In this document: piece after piece, positions 1-9,476 of the stretch
Layout: each line of letters opens with the position of its first letter
Position numbering within the stretch: position 1 is the first letter of the stretch
IMG/VR virus record: IMGVR_UViG_3300023218_000040
Location: 140,015-204,014 of that record
From: a virus
Taxonomy: Duplodnaviria > Caudoviricetes
Strand: one strand, 5' to 3'
DNA length: 64,000 nucleotides
The notes under the pieces: generated by a model
Told to the model about the DNA's origin: nothing
What the model saw: only the letters and a program-made list of their open reading frames with translations
The model's database searches: none
Program-made: the position numbers and the translations under genes

Positions 1-2
1 AG

Positions 3-209
3 AACCGATGGAAGGGCTGGGAATGTGCTGCTGGAGTTGAACAGGTAGTCGTAACCGTAGAAGGTGATGTGTTCATTGGCAGATGTCGTGTCGGTGGATC
101 AATCGGCAACCTCAATACCGGAGTGAATTTTCCTGACAAAAATGTAATCTGTACGAAAGATGAGTGTTGGTGTTTGACTGACATGTTGACTACGAAGGTA
201 AGGCGATGA
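3..209 (+). CDS. C-terminal SPASM/twitch-like Fe-S domain of a radical SAM protein (5' truncated by window)
   Basis: Manual translation NRWKGWECAAG...GDVFIGRCRVGGSIGNL...CTKDECWCLTD; the stop overlaps the next ATG (ATGA). Confidence 0.75.
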   Translation, partial: NRWKGWECAAGVEQVVVTVEGDVFIGRCRVGGSIGNLNTGVNFPDKNVICTKDECWCLTDMLTTKVRR

Positions 210-1117
210 TTTACATCAGGGTGTATGACGAGGATGGTGATTGGAATGTCGAAGATCCAATCAATTTGAAGGCTACGGGCAGAAACCGGTTTGAGGGTTG
301 GAAGTGTTCTGTGGGTCAAAGGAACCTGTATATCGATTGGGATGGTAACATTTTTCGTGGTACGTGTCGAGTAGGTGGCAAGGTTGGGAATGTATACGAG
401 GAAGACTTTCCGATGCCCGATGGTTGGGTCACTTGTGATAAGAAAACCTGCAACTGCGTGACTGAAGTTCAGCTACCGAAGGCAAAGGATTTACAAGACC
501 CAGAAAGAAACAGCATTATCCCCATGCAAGACTTCCCTGTCTATGTTCAGTGGGATGTAGGTCGTCGGTGCAATTTTGATTGCAGCTACTGTCCTTCCTT
601 TGTCCACAACGATCACGAGGAACATCAGAATCTTGATATCCTAAAGGACGTAGTGGTTCGACTTCATGATTCTTTTCGTGAGCCAATCACATTCAACTTC
701 GCTGGTGGTGAACCAACCACTCATCCGGACTTTATCGAGTGGTGCGAGTTCATCAAGAAGCTAGGGCACACAATCAATGTTCAGACGAATGGTGCTCAGG
801 TTGCAAGCTACTGGAAGAAACTGGCTGAAGTTGTCAATCACATCTCGATATCAGTGCATTTGGAGTTTATGACAGAAAAAAGATTGATGCAAACCATCAA
901 TGCCATCATGGAGACTTCTTGTCTAATAGAAGTGAAAATCATGGCACACCCTGACCATTGGGACAAAGCCATGCGTTTTAAGTCGCTGATGGAACAAATT
1001 CCGTTGAATAAGGGGGTGATGCTTCCGCTTCGAACGAGCCTTGGCCGCAACACAGAATTGATGGAATATACACCAGAGCAGATGAAGGAGATGGGAACGA
1101 TAAATACTCCTGATTAG
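206..1117 (+). CDS. Radical SAM protein with N-terminal SPASM-like domain
   Basis: CxxxCxxC (CNFDCSYC), GGEPT and TNG motifs; N-terminal Cys-rich domain resembles the upstream ORF's C-terminus. Confidence 0.85.
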   Translation: MIYIRVYDEDGDWNVEDPINLKATGRNRFEGWKCSVGQRNLYIDWDGNIFRGTCRVGGKVGNVYEEDFPMPDGWVTCDKKTCNCVTEVQLPKAKDLQDPERNSIIPMQDFPVYVQWDVGRRCNFDCSYCPSFVHNDHEEHQNLDILKDVVVRLHDSFREPITFNFAGGEPTTHPDFIEWCEFIKKLGHTINVQTNGAQVASYWKKLAEVVNHISISVHLEFMTEKRLMQTINAIMETSCLIEVKIMAHPDHWDKAMRFKSLMEQIPLNKGVMLPLRTSLGRNTELMEYTPEQMKEMGTINTPD

Positions 1118-1127
1118 GAGGTTTCCC

Positions 1128-1919
1128 ATGTCCGATATTGACCTACAATACACTTTGATGCTTGAAGGTAGATTAAATCTGATGCATCTGCCACCAGGAG
1201 CAATCGCATGGCTGTGGGATCGCCCTAGCAAGCAGGTAGATGCCGCTGAATCTTTGGCTATTGCGGCACGAGCTTACGATAATCCGATCACTGACGCTTC
1301 CCTACTTCGTACTGACCAGAATATCCTCATCTTGAAGTGTGAGGGTGGCGAGTGTTTCCGTATCTATCCTGATGGCGGATACAGCTATGATAACACTCCA
1401 ATGGACATGGGTGGCTGTTCGTCTGTGCTACGTGGTGACTGGTGTGGTTGTCCACACAAGGCTACTGAGACCAATCCACTTGCAGATCGTGAACATGATA
1501 GCATGGAAGAGAAGATGGGTAACGATGAGCACCTGGATGATGAAGATCCAATGGCTGCACAGGATGTGATTCATAATATTACCAACCTTGATGCTGAGCC
1601 ATATATGGATGAGGACGTAGGTAATGAAGAACACCTGGATGACGAAGACCCAGAAGCCGGATGGTCACCACACAATATCACCAATCTGGCTGGTGAGCCA
1701 ACCCGTGATGTAGATGAAGATCAGGGTGGAGATTGGGGTGGCCCAGGAACTGGTGATGGGATGGGAACTGGAACTCCGTATATCGGAGTAACCTTCATTC
1801 CGGATGAGGAGCTTGAGGCTGCTATGAACTATGAAGGCGATGATGAGTTCGCTAAGGAATGTGGTAATTATTCGGATGACGAGCTTGAGGAGCTAGCAAG
1901 GGTCACCGGGACGTATTAA
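1128..1919 (+). CDS. Acidic protein with two 34-aa tandem repeats, probably late/virion
   Basis: RBS GGAGG; TAAATA just upstream (~1101); repeated GN(D/E)EHLDDEDP...HNITNL. Confidence 0.6.
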   Translation: MSDIDLQYTLMLEGRLNLMHLPPGAIAWLWDRPSKQVDAAESLAIAARAYDNPITDASLLRTDQNILILKCEGGECFRIYPDGGYSYDNTPMDMGGCSSVLRGDWCGCPHKATETNPLADREHDSMEEKMGNDEHLDDEDPMAAQDVIHNITNLDAEPYMDEDVGNEEHLDDEDPEAGWSPHNITNLAGEPTRDVDEDQGGDWGGPGTGDGMGTGTPYIGVTFIPDEELEAAMNYEGDDEFAKECGNYSDDELEELARVTGTY

Positions 1920-2554
1920 GTTACGTATTCGATTTTCACACCAACCTCGTCTAGCATTTCTTTAGAAATTTTGAAGTCTTCTTTCCATCTATCAGGGATT
2001 GCAGTTTCTAGAATATAGACTGTTTCAATTTGAGATTGAATAATTGCCCTCGTACATCTTGTACACGGGTGTAAGGTGGTATAGATATCGCTACCAGTAA
2101 CTTTAGCACCTATTTTTGCTGCGTTAAGTATGGCGTTCTCTTCTGCATGACTAGTATATTCGTACTTCAGTGGTCTAACATGTCTTTCTTCTATATCGTC
2201 ATTGATACCACGAGGGAACCCATTATAACCGGTCGAAACGATAACTCGATCACGGACAATCAGAGCACCAACTTTTGTTGAACGATCCTTAGATCTGCTA
2301 GAAGCTAGTATCGCCATATTCATGAAATATTGATGCCATGATAAATTGGCACTCGCCATTAGATAACGTGTGGCATGTATTGTGCTGTCATCAAGCAAAC
2401 CTATACCTTGACTGCATTTATGACATAGAAGCCCACGAACTATTCCAGTAGAATGATTGTGATCTACACAAAGCGGATGTCCTCTATTTTCCGTTGTACC
2501 ACAAATAGCACATTTGTGACCCTGCTTTTCTAGTAATTCATCATATTGTTTCAT
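1916..2554 (-). CDS. Endonuclease VII-like domain fused to dCMP deaminase
   Basis: CAICG..VDHNH.TGIVRGLLCxxC then SWHQYFM..S.D.STKVGA..GYNG..HAEENA..PCTRC. Confidence 0.85.
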   Translation of the reverse strand: MKQYDELLEKQGHKCAICGTTENRGHPLCVDHNHSTGIVRGLLCHKCSQGIGLLDDSTIHATRYLMASANLSWHQYFMNMAILASSRSKDRSTKVGALIVRDRVIVSTGYNGFPRGINDDIEERHVRPLKYEYTSHAEENAILNAAKIGAKVTGSDIYTTLHPCTRCTRAIIQSQIETVYILETAIPDRWKEDFKISKEMLDEVGVKIEYVT

Positions 2555-2729
2555 GGTTAATCCGTAATAGTTTTCGAGTCGCCATTGCCTAATTTTGTCC
2601 GAATACTTTCCTGAATTTCGAACATGTCAATTCATACCTTTTGTTTGGTTTCCTAGTCATAAGCCGAAGATAGGGCTGGACAAACCACTCGTCAAATGCT
2701 ATACTTGCCTCACGAAATTGGAGAACCCC

Positions 2730-4028
2730 ATGAAGATCATTCCCATCGGACCATCGTTGGTTGTGCTGGTCGGCCCGTCTGGGTCGGGCAAGAGCACGTT
2801 TTGCGAGCGTCATTTTAACGCTCGTGAGGTCGTGTCGTCCGATGCCATCCGGGAGGAATTTACCGGGGATAAGCGCCGTCAGGACAAGAACGACGTAGTG
2901 TTCGCCGAATTCCATCGTCGAATCGCTGTTAAGATTCAGGCGGGTCAGCGGGTGGTGGCGGATGCCACGCATCTGCGGGACAAGGACCGCCGTGCGACTG
3001 CCGAGGTTGGGCTGGTACTCAATGTTCCGGTGACTTACGTTGTGATCGACCGTCCTGTGGAACAGAAGCTCCACACGGGCGGGTGGCGACTGGATGTCCG
3101 GATGAAGGGAGGAATCGGTCTCATTGAGGCTCACAGCGAGACCTTCAAGGCCAATGAGAACAAGATTCTCGCTGGCGACAACATCAAGGGAGTACAGGTC
3201 GTGGATACCCGTATCGACAACTTCGAAGTTGCACAGCCGATGGCTCGTGACGGGGCGGTCACGGCTCTGGCTTCCCGTGGCTTCAAGAACGTGCGGGTGA
3301 TCGGTGACGTTCACGGAAACGTGGAGGGTTTTGATCAGGCGACCGACGCTTCTTCGGACACGTTCTTCCTGTTCCTGGGTGACCTTCTGGACTACGATCC
3401 GAGGGGCATTCATGTAGTGTGTGAGGTTGTGTCCATGATGCGTCAGGGTCACGCCATCAACATTCGAGGTAACCACGAGAAGAAGATCACCAATTGGGTA
3501 ATCGGTGAGCGTGGCGACGGGTTCCGTGGTCGCATCTCGCATGGCAACGATGCCACCACGAATGTTGTCAAGGCGATGTCCCCGAGCCAGCGTGCCAAAT
3601 GGGAAGCTGATTTCCTGGCTCTGGTGGAGATGTCTCCGGACTGGATCCAGCTTGGTGAGTGGCTGTTTACGCACGGTGCGGTGCACCCGGATATGTGGGA
3701 CAACTCCATGTTCCGGGCGCACAAGAACTCCAAGCTGGAGTCCTTCGCCATGTTTGGTGAGACGACTGGTGAGGTCGTGAATGGCTTTCCGGTGCGGAAG
3801 TACGATTGGGTTGACCTGATCCCGGCACAGCACCATGCTGTGGTGGGTCACGCAATCCTCTCGGTCGATGACCCGGTTATCAAGACTGGAACGTTGGGTG
3901 GCGAGGCTGTATTCCTCGACACGGGTTCTTCCAAGGATCTCGATGGTGCCCCTGGCCATCTGTCCTGGATGGATTTCAGCATCAACCACAACCAACTGGT
4001 TTTCCAGGGCTTCGGTCGTCAGCAGTGA
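2730..4028 (+). CDS. pnkp: Polynucleotide kinase-phosphatase (P-loop kinase + metallophosphoesterase), no ligase domain
   Basis: GPSGSGKST, VADATH, RxxR; GDVHG, GDLLD, GNHE, GH; RBS GGAGA before ATG 2730. Confidence 0.85.
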   Translation: MKIIPIGPSLVVLVGPSGSGKSTFCERHFNAREVVSSDAIREEFTGDKRRQDKNDVVFAEFHRRIAVKIQAGQRVVADATHLRDKDRRATAEVGLVLNVPVTYVVIDRPVEQKLHTGGWRLDVRMKGGIGLIEAHSETFKANENKILAGDNIKGVQVVDTRIDNFEVAQPMARDGAVTALASRGFKNVRVIGDVHGNVEGFDQATDASSDTFFLFLGDLLDYDPRGIHVVCEVVSMMRQGHAINIRGNHEKKITNWVIGERGDGFRGRISHGNDATTNVVKAMSPSQRAKWEADFLALVEMSPDWIQLGEWLFTHGAVHPDMWDNSMFRAHKNSKLESFAMFGETTGEVVNGFPVRKYDWVDLIPAQHHAVVGHAILSVDDPVIKTGTLGGEAVFLDTGSSKDLDGAPGHLSWMDFSINHNQLVFQGFGRQQ

Positions 4029-4121
4029 TGCAATGCCGGGTGGGTGCTCCCACCCGGCGGTTGATTTCCTCTTTCCTTACCGTCATATTCATATAACGGT
4101 TCATGGAACCTAAATAAGTTC

Positions 4122-5606
4122 ATGAGGAAATCTAATATGTCTGTGATATCTCGGTTGCCTATTATAACAGCATGCACAGGAATCTTTTTGCTCATGCTAT
4201 CTGCTTTACTTTTCATACATGAAAAGTATTCTACTCCTACTATTCCCATTATTCCTTCTTCTGTAAACCTGGAAACAGATATTGCTTCTGCTCTGGATGA
4301 AGTCATACAACATCTGGAGAAAGAATTCGTTAACGAGACTCCCCTGAAACGAGAAGAGATGCATCAAATTGCAGTAGATGCAATTTTGAAAAAGATAGGA
4401 GACCAACACGGTAAATTTCTTACTAACGATGAATATGGTCGGTTAAAGGATCGGATGACACCGACACATTATGGTGGATTAAACATCCGAGTTGCAAAGC
4501 ACCTAAGTGGTAATGATAAAGCTGAGATATTGATCCTTGAAATATTTGATGGTTCTCCGGTAGGTACATTCGGAGTGCGCCCTGGAGATACTATTAGTCA
4601 TGTAAATGGGATTATGGTAACACCGGACAATTGGGAGGATATGGTCAAGAGTGTTCGTGGCCCAATTGGTTCAGATGTCCGTATCACTGTGAAACGTGAT
4701 AGTAGGGTGAAATTGGGAGAACTAACTTTTCAGCGAGTTCGTTCGAAGCTACAAACCATATTTGCTCATCATGAAAATTGCTACATGCATTTGCGTATTA
4801 GTTTGTTTATTAATAGCCCAGAACAACAGGTATTTGATGCGGTTGAACCCATTCTAAAGGAATGTGATGGTGGTGTTCGTGGTATCGTTCTTGATGTCAG
4901 AAATAATCCTGGTGGATCGTTGCTCGGAGCCATCAAGTTAGTTGACATGTTTCTTGATCCGGATGATGTGGTTGTTAAGACCATAGGTCGTGCAGCAGAG
5001 AACAATATGACCTATAAAGCCGAACATGAAGCTGTGTTCCCAAAATCAATTCCAATGGTTGCTTTGATAAATGGACGTTCAGCATCAGCATCTGAAATTC
5101 TTGTTGGTGCGTTGAAGAAGTATAGAACGCTTTTTGCTGTGCTAGGCGAGAAATCATATGGAAAGGGATCTGTGCAAACTGTGTTTCCAGTGAATGGTGG
5201 CACGTCGGCGGTGAAGATAACGACCGCCATATATCTGGCCGGTGGTACCATCGAAATCGATGGAGTAGGCATCAAGCCAAACGTAGAAGTGAAACAGACA
5301 ATCACTCCTGGTCAAACGGATATGCAGCGTGTAGTAAACACTACCTTGATTTTGAATTCCATGAACCCGGCAGTGGATCACCAACTGCGCATGGGATACC
5401 ATTTTGTTGCTCATCTGGCAAATAACAAAGCAGTAGTTTCCATATCACCTGACCGTGGTGTTCTTCAGGCGTTGGAGTCCGTCGAGGCTCAAAAGCCTGT
5501 GGTAGTTACCGGATCGTTGTGCAGGGAAGCTGGCTTGAGGGGATGCCCCCGACCAAGAGAGGTCTTGCAGGTTCCCTCCTTCGGGACACCAGGAAACCCT
5601 CCCTGA
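4122..5606 (+). CDS. S41 family C-terminal processing protease (CtpA/Prc/Tsp-like) with N-terminal TM helix and PDZ domain
   Basis: PDZ (GGLNIRV..PGD.I), LDVRNNPGG, SASASE catalytic Ser, GKGSVQ catalytic Lys, GIKPN. Confidence 0.9.
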   Translation: MRKSNMSVISRLPIITACTGIFLLMLSALLFIHEKYSTPTIPIIPSSVNLETDIASALDEVIQHLEKEFVNETPLKREEMHQIAVDAILKKIGDQHGKFLTNDEYGRLKDRMTPTHYGGLNIRVAKHLSGNDKAEILILEIFDGSPVGTFGVRPGDTISHVNGIMVTPDNWEDMVKSVRGPIGSDVRITVKRDSRVKLGELTFQRVRSKLQTIFAHHENCYMHLRISLFINSPEQQVFDAVEPILKECDGGVRGIVLDVRNNPGGSLLGAIKLVDMFLDPDDVVVKTIGRAAENNMTYKAEHEAVFPKSIPMVALINGRSASASEILVGALKKYRTLFAVLGEKSYGKGSVQTVFPVNGGTSAVKITTAIYLAGGTIEIDGVGIKPNVEVKQTITPGQTDMQRVVNTTLILNSMNPAVDHQLRMGYHFVAHLANNKAVVSISPDRGVLQALESVEAQKPVVVTGSLCREAGLRGCPRPREVLQVPSFGTPGNPP

Positions 5607-5740
5607 GTGCGTAATGCAATGTCCTGCGTCGATAGAAACGGAAGCTATGGTTACATGTTTATGCGTGATGGACACTCTTGACTAAAAATGTCTGCGGGTT
5701 TATACTACCCTTCCGACATAGCTTCCGTCTGGAGAATTCA

Positions 5741-7006
5741 GTGCGTTACTACAAGTTCCCGGAGATCGAAACCATCGATGATGTGCTTCCGGCCATTAAG
5801 GACCGGGATGAATTTGTCGTGGCCGAGCGAGATTGGGGAACGGTGATCGACTACCAGATCACCCTGCCGGATTCGTTCCCGTGTCCGGTTCGGGAGGCGC
5901 ATACCGCCAAGCAGCAATACAATTACATGGTGCGCCGTGAGTGCCGTGGCCTGAAGTTCGGCCTGAACGGCAAGCTGATCGCTCGTCCGTATCATAAGTT
6001 TTTCAATCTGGGCGAGCGTCCGGAGACCACCGACGACGAGCTTTCGTCTTTGGGTGCGTTCCATAAGAACTTCGTGATCATGCCGAAGCTGGATGGTTCA
6101 ATGATCCATCCGATCACTTGGAATGACACCATGTACTTTTGCACCCGTATGGGTATCACCGATGTTGCGAATCAGGCATACGAGTTCGCTGGAAACAACG
6201 GGATGTACGAGCGCTTTTCCTATGATATGTGCCAGCGTGGACTGACCCCAATCTTCGAGTGGTGCTCTCGCAAGCAACGCATCGTGCTGGACTATCCGCA
6301 GGACTCGTTAATCTTGACTGCCATTCGTGTGAATCGCACGGGTGAGTACCTGACCCGTGGCAAGATGCAGGCTTTGGCTGTTCCGTACGGGGTTCCGATG
6401 GTGGATCTGTACGACGGCTCATGGGACGGCATTGAGAAGTTTAGCAAACACGTTCGTGACATCGAAAACGCCGAGGGCTACGTCATTCGCTGGGATGACG
6501 GCAACATGATCAAGATGAAGGGTGAGTGGTACGTGGCGATCCATCGTGCCAAGGATTCCATCATGCACGAGAAGCGCATCATAGCTTTGATCTTGAACGA
6601 CAGTCTGGATGATGTGATGCCGCACCTGTTGCCGCAGGACTACGACCGTCTGGACCGGTACCGCAATGACTTCTGGCGTACCGTGGACCATGTGGAGAAA
6701 ACCCTGGACACCAAGGTTTCGATCTGTCGTTCGTTCACTGATGCCACTGGCATGGAAGAGAACGAGGCGAAGGGTTGGTTCGCACGTCAGGACGTGTCGC
6801 AGTACAAGGGGGTTCTGGCTCCGTGGAAGGGTCTTTTGTTCGCTACGTGGGACAAGAAGGATAAGACTCGGAACCTGTTCATCGATTACCTGCGCAAGCG
6901 GTTCTCGTTGGATGTAGATAACTCTAAGGCCAATGGCTCGCAGGCTGTAGTGGATGAGCTTCGTGACGCTTTCATGCTTCCGGAAAAGAAGTGGGAGGAT
7001 TACTGA
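5741..7006 (+). CDS. T4 Rnl1-like RNA ligase
   Basis: RPYHKFFNLGE, motif I KLDGS, FEW, EGYVI, KMKGEWY; GTG start after GGAGA. Confidence 0.85.
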   Translation: MRYYKFPEIETIDDVLPAIKDRDEFVVAERDWGTVIDYQITLPDSFPCPVREAHTAKQQYNYMVRRECRGLKFGLNGKLIARPYHKFFNLGERPETTDDELSSLGAFHKNFVIMPKLDGSMIHPITWNDTMYFCTRMGITDVANQAYEFAGNNGMYERFSYDMCQRGLTPIFEWCSRKQRIVLDYPQDSLILTAIRVNRTGEYLTRGKMQALAVPYGVPMVDLYDGSWDGIEKFSKHVRDIENAEGYVIRWDDGNMIKMKGEWYVAIHRAKDSIMHEKRIIALILNDSLDDVMPHLLPQDYDRLDRYRNDFWRTVDHVEKTLDTKVSICRSFTDATGMEENEAKGWFARQDVSQYKGVLAPWKGLLFATWDKKDKTRNLFIDYLRKRFSLDVDNSKANGSQAVVDELRDAFMLPEKKWEDY

Positions 7007-7007
7007 A

Positions 7008-7259
7008 ATGGATCATTCTGAATTCAGAGAGAAGGTTGAATGTGGCCATTTGACGGTTGCTGGTGTGAGCCAGTACATCATGCTGAACGTCGCAACGAGG
7101 AAGGAGCTTGACAAGCTTCGTGATGCTCGCATCTTCAGTGCCGTCGAGATCATCGAGGGTCGTTATCATGCCGAGCAGGTTCCAGTCGTCCGAGAAGTGG
7201 TCGAGGCGTGGAACAAGCGGCTGGGTTTTGAGTGCATCTACGAGGATTTTTTCCGATGA
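7008..7259 (+). CDS. Hypothetical protein
   Basis: ATG after GGAGG; co-oriented, C-ending codon bias. Confidence 0.6.
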   Translation: MDHSEFREKVECGHLTVAGVSQYIMLNVATRKELDKLRDARIFSAVEIIEGRYHAEQVPVVREVVEAWNKRLGFECIYEDFFR

Positions 7260-7585
7260 GCCACATCATGGACAACAACGACCATGTGATCTTCCGTGAG
7301 AAGTGCCAGAAGATTCTGGACGTTCTAGGTACGCCCAGCAACATGGGTCGTAAGTACGAGGACGAGAAGGTCACCATATCTTCCGGACAGTGGGCGCAAG
7401 GTCTAAGCTTGGAGGTCACGATCATGCCAAAGGCGCATCCCTACAACCTACACAACCCGTGCGTAATGGTTACCGAGAATGGTGAATGCATTCGTCATCA
7501 AGGCGAGTGGACCTACATCGAGGAACACATCGGTGACGTATACGAGGAAGCTCAGCGAGAAGCTATCAGCTTGGGCCTGGGGTAA
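7256..7585 (+). CDS. Hypothetical protein
   Basis: ATGA overlap with the upstream stop; codon bias. Confidence 0.6.
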   Translation: MSHIMDNNDHVIFREKCQKILDVLGTPSNMGRKYEDEKVTISSGQWAQGLSLEVTIMPKAHPYNLHNPCVMVTENGECIRHQGEWTYIEEHIGDVYEEAQREAISLGLG

Positions 7586-7600
7586 CAACATCCGAGAACA

Positions 7601-7921
7601 ATGCTAAAAGAAGAATTGGGTCCATGCCCGCTGTGCGGAATGGAGATGATTAAAGGTCAATCAATAGACCGCCATCATCTAATTCCAAAATGTAAAAAGG
7701 GAACTGAGGCAGAGTTGTGTCACGTCGTGTGCCACAGGAAGATCCACTCGACCTTATCTGAGGCCGAGCTTGATCATCATTGGCATACCTGGAGTCGGTT
7801 AAAGCAGCATCCGGAAATTCATAAATATATTCGATGGGTCAAGAAAAAGTTTCAGAAGAACCCGGAATACACCGACGTACATCGAGACACGAAAGACAGA
7901 AATAGGAGGCGTAGACGGTGA
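7601..7921 (+). CDS. Small HNH endonuclease
   Basis: CPLCG...HHLIPK...CHVVCHRKIH. Confidence 0.75.
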   Translation: MLKEELGPCPLCGMEMIKGQSIDRHHLIPKCKKGTEAELCHVVCHRKIHSTLSEAELDHHWHTWSRLKQHPEIHKYIRWVKKKFQKNPEYTDVHRDTKDRNRRRRR

Positions 7922-8106
7922 ACAGTGATGAAGGTCTTATTTACTGCATTGGATACTGCATTGGATTGATTATCCTCGCAGTGTCAATCGGTAACTACCT
8001 AAGTTCTGCATCGATTGGATTCATGGTTTTGGGTGGTGGAATCATCACCCCACCCATACTGTTATCGATTTTGCGATATCTCAATCGGGAGCGGACTGTC
8101 GAATAA
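7918..8106 (+). CDS. Small two-TM membrane protein
   Basis: GTG start overlapping the upstream stop after AGGAGG; two hydrophobic stretches. Confidence 0.55.
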   Translation: MNSDEGLIYCIGYCIGLIILAVSIGNYLSSASIGFMVLGGGIITPPILLSILRYLNRERTVE

Positions 8107-8404
8107 GCTTAGCTACGTGGCACATGAGAGCATCCTGAGCTTTTCTCAGTTCGCCCTTAGACCATTCGTCTGGTCCTTTCTGGAATACACCGAGGCGATA
8201 CAGGAACATCTTCATAAGCCTTTCTGCTTCGTCGTCCCATAGGTTATTATCCTGTAGAAAAGAAACCGAGGCACCGACATCACGACCAGGGATGCGTTCT
8301 ATCTCGTCGTTTAGATCAGGACGAAATTTCTTGAGTGTGTTGTAGATGGCGCACTTGGTTTCATTCAGAATAAAGTGTGCCTCCATCAGTTGTTGTATTC
8401 TCAT
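8081..8404 (-). CDS. Hypothetical protein, possible head-associated protein
   Basis: MRIQQLME-type N-terminus shared with other late genes. Confidence 0.55.
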   Translation of the reverse strand: MRIQQLMEAHFILNETKCAIYNTLKKFRPDLNDEIERIPGRDVGASVSFLQDNNLWDDEAERLMKMFLYRLGVFQKGPDEWSKGELRKAQDALMCHVAKLIRQSAPD

Positions 8405-8568
8405 TATGGTGTCATTGTGGTCGGGCGAACAACTGGGAAGTGTAACACCGTTGTTCCAGCAGGAACAACCATAGCGTTAACCCCTGGTAGACTGACAATA
8501 GTCCCGCCGTTAAATTGGGGCCATAACACTTCTTTCCAAAACTCTTCTTGTGCCATGTGTTGCTACTC

Positions 8569-9396
8569 TTACTGTGAGTCAAGGACCACTGGCCAACCAT
8601 GCCATGTAGTTCCACCGTCACGAGTCCAGAACTTCAAGATGTCAGTACCTGCTGCCGTTAGAGTAGGTGGAGTTCCACCAGCCCATTGAACTTCGGATCC
8701 CCAAGTTAATGTTCCCTGACCACCATTGGTTATTTCAACGGTCATTTCTGAACCGAATCCGGTCTTCATAGAACCGAGGGAAATTTGTGCGGTAGCAGCA
8801 GCACCAAACGTAAAAAAATGAGCCATGCCATCTGCTGGATCAAGCGTAATGTTGCCGGTTACTGTTCCGCTGTCATTAGTTTCAAATCCAAAAGCACCCT
8901 CTATATTAACGACACCCTCATCACCAGAAGTAACATCACCACCAGCTATTGTTACATCAGCACCATCACCAGAAGTCGATCCACCAATACCTCCAATGAG
9001 GGTTATTGCACCACCGGTACCAGTTGTTCCACCAGTACCAGCATTAACAACAAAGTTACCACCAGTTCCATTACCGTCACCATCACCAGTAGTAATTGTT
9101 ATGTTGCCACCAAGAGCCGCAGCACCAATCCCCGAACTACCAGAAGTGATGTTGATAGACCCACCAACACCTACTCCGGAACCGCCATCTCCTCCATCTC
9201 CAGCGGTGATATTAACGTCGGCACCGGGAGACGCACCATCGGATATGCCGGGTTGAATATTGATGGTACCTCCAGCAAATCCGGTGCCACCATCACCAGT
9301 TGTGATGGTAAGATTTCCACCGGCTGCGCTACTACCATCTTGCGTGGTAACGTCACTCGGTGTGCCAAGCAAGGTAAGTGAACCGTTTACATCCAT
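8569..9396 (-). CDS. Gly/Thr-rich tail fibre-like protein
   Basis: Repeats GG.I.ITAG.G; C-terminal LTW...W.GGTPPTLT..GTDIL.F.T.DGGTTW typical of phage fibre tips; late promoter TAAATA on the minus strand (~9427-9432). Confidence 0.75.
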   Translation of the reverse strand: MDVNGSLTLLGTPSDVTTQDGSSAAGGNLTITTGDGGTGFAGGTINIQPGISDGASPGADVNITAGDGGDGGSGVGVGGSINITSGSSGIGAAALGGNITITTGDGDGNGTGGNFVVNAGTGGTTGTGGAITLIGGIGGSTSGDGADVTIAGGDVTSGDEGVVNIEGAFGFETNDSGTVTGNITLDPADGMAHFFTFGAAATAQISLGSMKTGFGSEMTVEITNGGQGTLTWGSEVQWAGGTPPTLTAAGTDILKFWTRDGGTTWHGWPVVLDSQ

Positions 9397-9440
9397 TGGT
9401 TAAATCCTCGAACGTGATGAACTTAAGTATTTATCAATCC

Positions 9441-9471
9441 TTGACTTATTCACTTATATGGGATATAAATA
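9441..9471 (+). promoter_or_regulatory. Overlapping sigma70 and T4-like late promoter for tmRNA
   Basis: TTGACT(9441)-17 bp-TATAAATA(9464). Confidence 0.8.
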
Positions 9472-9476
9472 AAAGT

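Noticed and set aside
1128-1919. RiPP precursor for the radical SAM enzymes
   Set aside because: Too long, has its own late promoter and no leader/core signature; kept only as a weak alternative.
2589-3995. 468-aa minus-strand ORF; similar long antisense ORFs at 14495-15439 and 45464-46411
   Set aside because: Shadow frames of high-GC3 plus-strand genes with clear family motifs; no motifs or RBS of their own.
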